From positions 1 through 20,943 of the forward strand of contig CBFGJZ010000017.1 of NCBI GenBank assembly GCA_965649215.1: a stretch of DNA of 20,943 nt. The letters run 5' to 3'. This document shows, one piece after another, positions 19,880 through 20,943 of the stretch. The DNA is from a candidate division WOR-3 bacterium. GTDB taxonomy: Bacteria > Hydrothermota > Tepidihabitantia > Tepidihabitantales > CAIPLT01. The position numbers were made by a program, and so were the translations under genes. The notes below the pieces were generated by a model. It made no database searches. It was not told where the DNA came from and saw nothing but the letters and a program-made list of their open reading frames with translations. The stretch's first letter is position 1, and each line of letters begins with the position of its first letter.

Positions 19880-20943
19880 AAGACTGCTAAAACCTCTTCA
19901 GGAGTTATTAATTCTCCATCATAACGATTGACATTAGTAATTTCAACATCACGACGAAGCACCCGAGCAATTTCACGAGTCATCTGACCTTGATTCATTT
20001 CGACAACCACGACTCGCTTGGCATGTTGTAACAATTCAGCCATTTTTTGATAATGAAATGGCCAGATTGTGATTAATCTTAAAAAACCAATTTTATGGCC
20101 AGTTTTTTGTTCATATTCATATTTTGCTTCGATTGCAGTCCGAGCCGAACTGCCATAGGATACCAAAATCGTATTGGCATCAAGATCCGAGTGTTCAACT
20201 AAATGTAGCCAATCTCGATTTAAATCGGTCTTATTACGCAAACGGTCCATTTTCCATTTGATAATTTCGGGGTCATTAGTAGGAAAACCATCTTGACGAT
20301 GAGTTAGTCCTGAGATATGAATGCGATAACCATCGCCAAAATGAGCAATTGGTGCATCAAAATTGGTTTCATCGCCATAATGTAAATATTCATCTGGTGG
20401 TTTGTTAGGCTTTTTTCGTTCATAAATAGTGATATTTTTCGGAACATCAATAACTTCACGCATATGTCCAATAATTTCGTCAGAAAGAATGATTACCGGC
20501 AATCGTAACCGTTCGGAAAACTCAATAGCTTTGAGTGTAAGCGTAAATGATTCTAAAACACTCCATGGTGCCAAGGCGACAATAGGATGATCGCCGTGCG
20601 TACCCCAACGAGCAGCCATTACATCGCCTTGTGCTACTTTTGTTGGAAGACCAGTAGCTGGCCCACCTCGTTGGACATTTACGATCACACAGGGTACTTC
20701 AGTCATTATTGCATAACCAATGCCTTCTTGCATTAAAGAGAAACCCGGACCAGAAGTTGCGGTCATTGCTTTCATGCCCGCCGCCGAAGCACCAATAATA
20801 GCACAGATGCTGGCAATTTCATCTTCCATTTGAATGAAGATACCACCGACTTTCGGTAATTCTTCTGCCATTAATTCTGCGATTTCTGTGGAAGGGGTAA
20901 TTGGATAGCCCGCAAAAAAACGAACTCCACCGATTAGGGCACC
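19876..20943 (-). CDS. korA: 2-oxoacid:ferredoxin oxidoreductase alpha subunit (5'-truncated by window edge)
   Basis: The frame continues upstream of the track's Met as GALIGGVRFFAGYPITPSTEIAEL; QMEDE, TATSGPG and QRGGPATGLPT motifs. Confidence 0.94.
   Translation of the reverse strand, partial: GALIGGVRFFAGYPITPSTEIAELMAEELPKVGGIFIQMEDEIASICAIIGASAAGMKAMTATSGPGFSLMQEGIGYAIMTEVPCVIVNVQRGGPATGLPTKVAQGDVMAARWGTHGDHPIVALAPWSVLESFTLTLKAIEFSERLRLPVIILSDEIIGHMREVIDVPKNITIYERKKPNKPPDEYLHYGDETNFDAPIAHFGDGYRIHISGLTHRQDGFPTNDPEIIKWKMDRLRNKTDLNRDWLHLVEHSDLDANTILVSYGSSARTAIEAKYEYEQKTGHKIGFLRLITIWPFHYQKMAELLQHAKRVVVVEMNQGQMTREIARVLRRDVEITNVNRYDGELITPEEVLAVL

Overview
AT-rich bacterial chromosomal segment from a probable diderm anaerobe (outer-membrane beta-barrel gene, 2-oxoacid:ferredoxin oxidoreductase). 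It resembles candidate phylum WOR-3, but I have not verified this. Left to right: the 5' end of a type III CRISPR-Cas operon on the minus strand (cas6, then an HD-containing cas10/csm1 that runs off the window; no array visible); murJ; a beta-barrel outer-membrane protein; an unannotated ~142-nt highly structured element with its own promoter and two anti-Shine-Dalgarno-like motifs; a Mut7-C/PIN RNase; a parA-parB-M23 peptidase operon; a tRNA nucleotidyltransferase with a CC-adding-type loop deletion; a divergent GT4 glycosyltransferase / PLD-family pair; a 23S-5S rRNA unit with its own promoters and no 16S gene; a stand-alone acidic, aromatic-rich type IV pilin-like gene; a ~240-bp degenerate 12-bp-period array; an APH-like/AAA_33 kinase fusion; and korABC-type genes (alpha truncated). 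The most unusual items are the structured element (5153-5297), the 12-bp array (16596-16835), the unlinked 23S-5S unit and the many near-leaderless genes.
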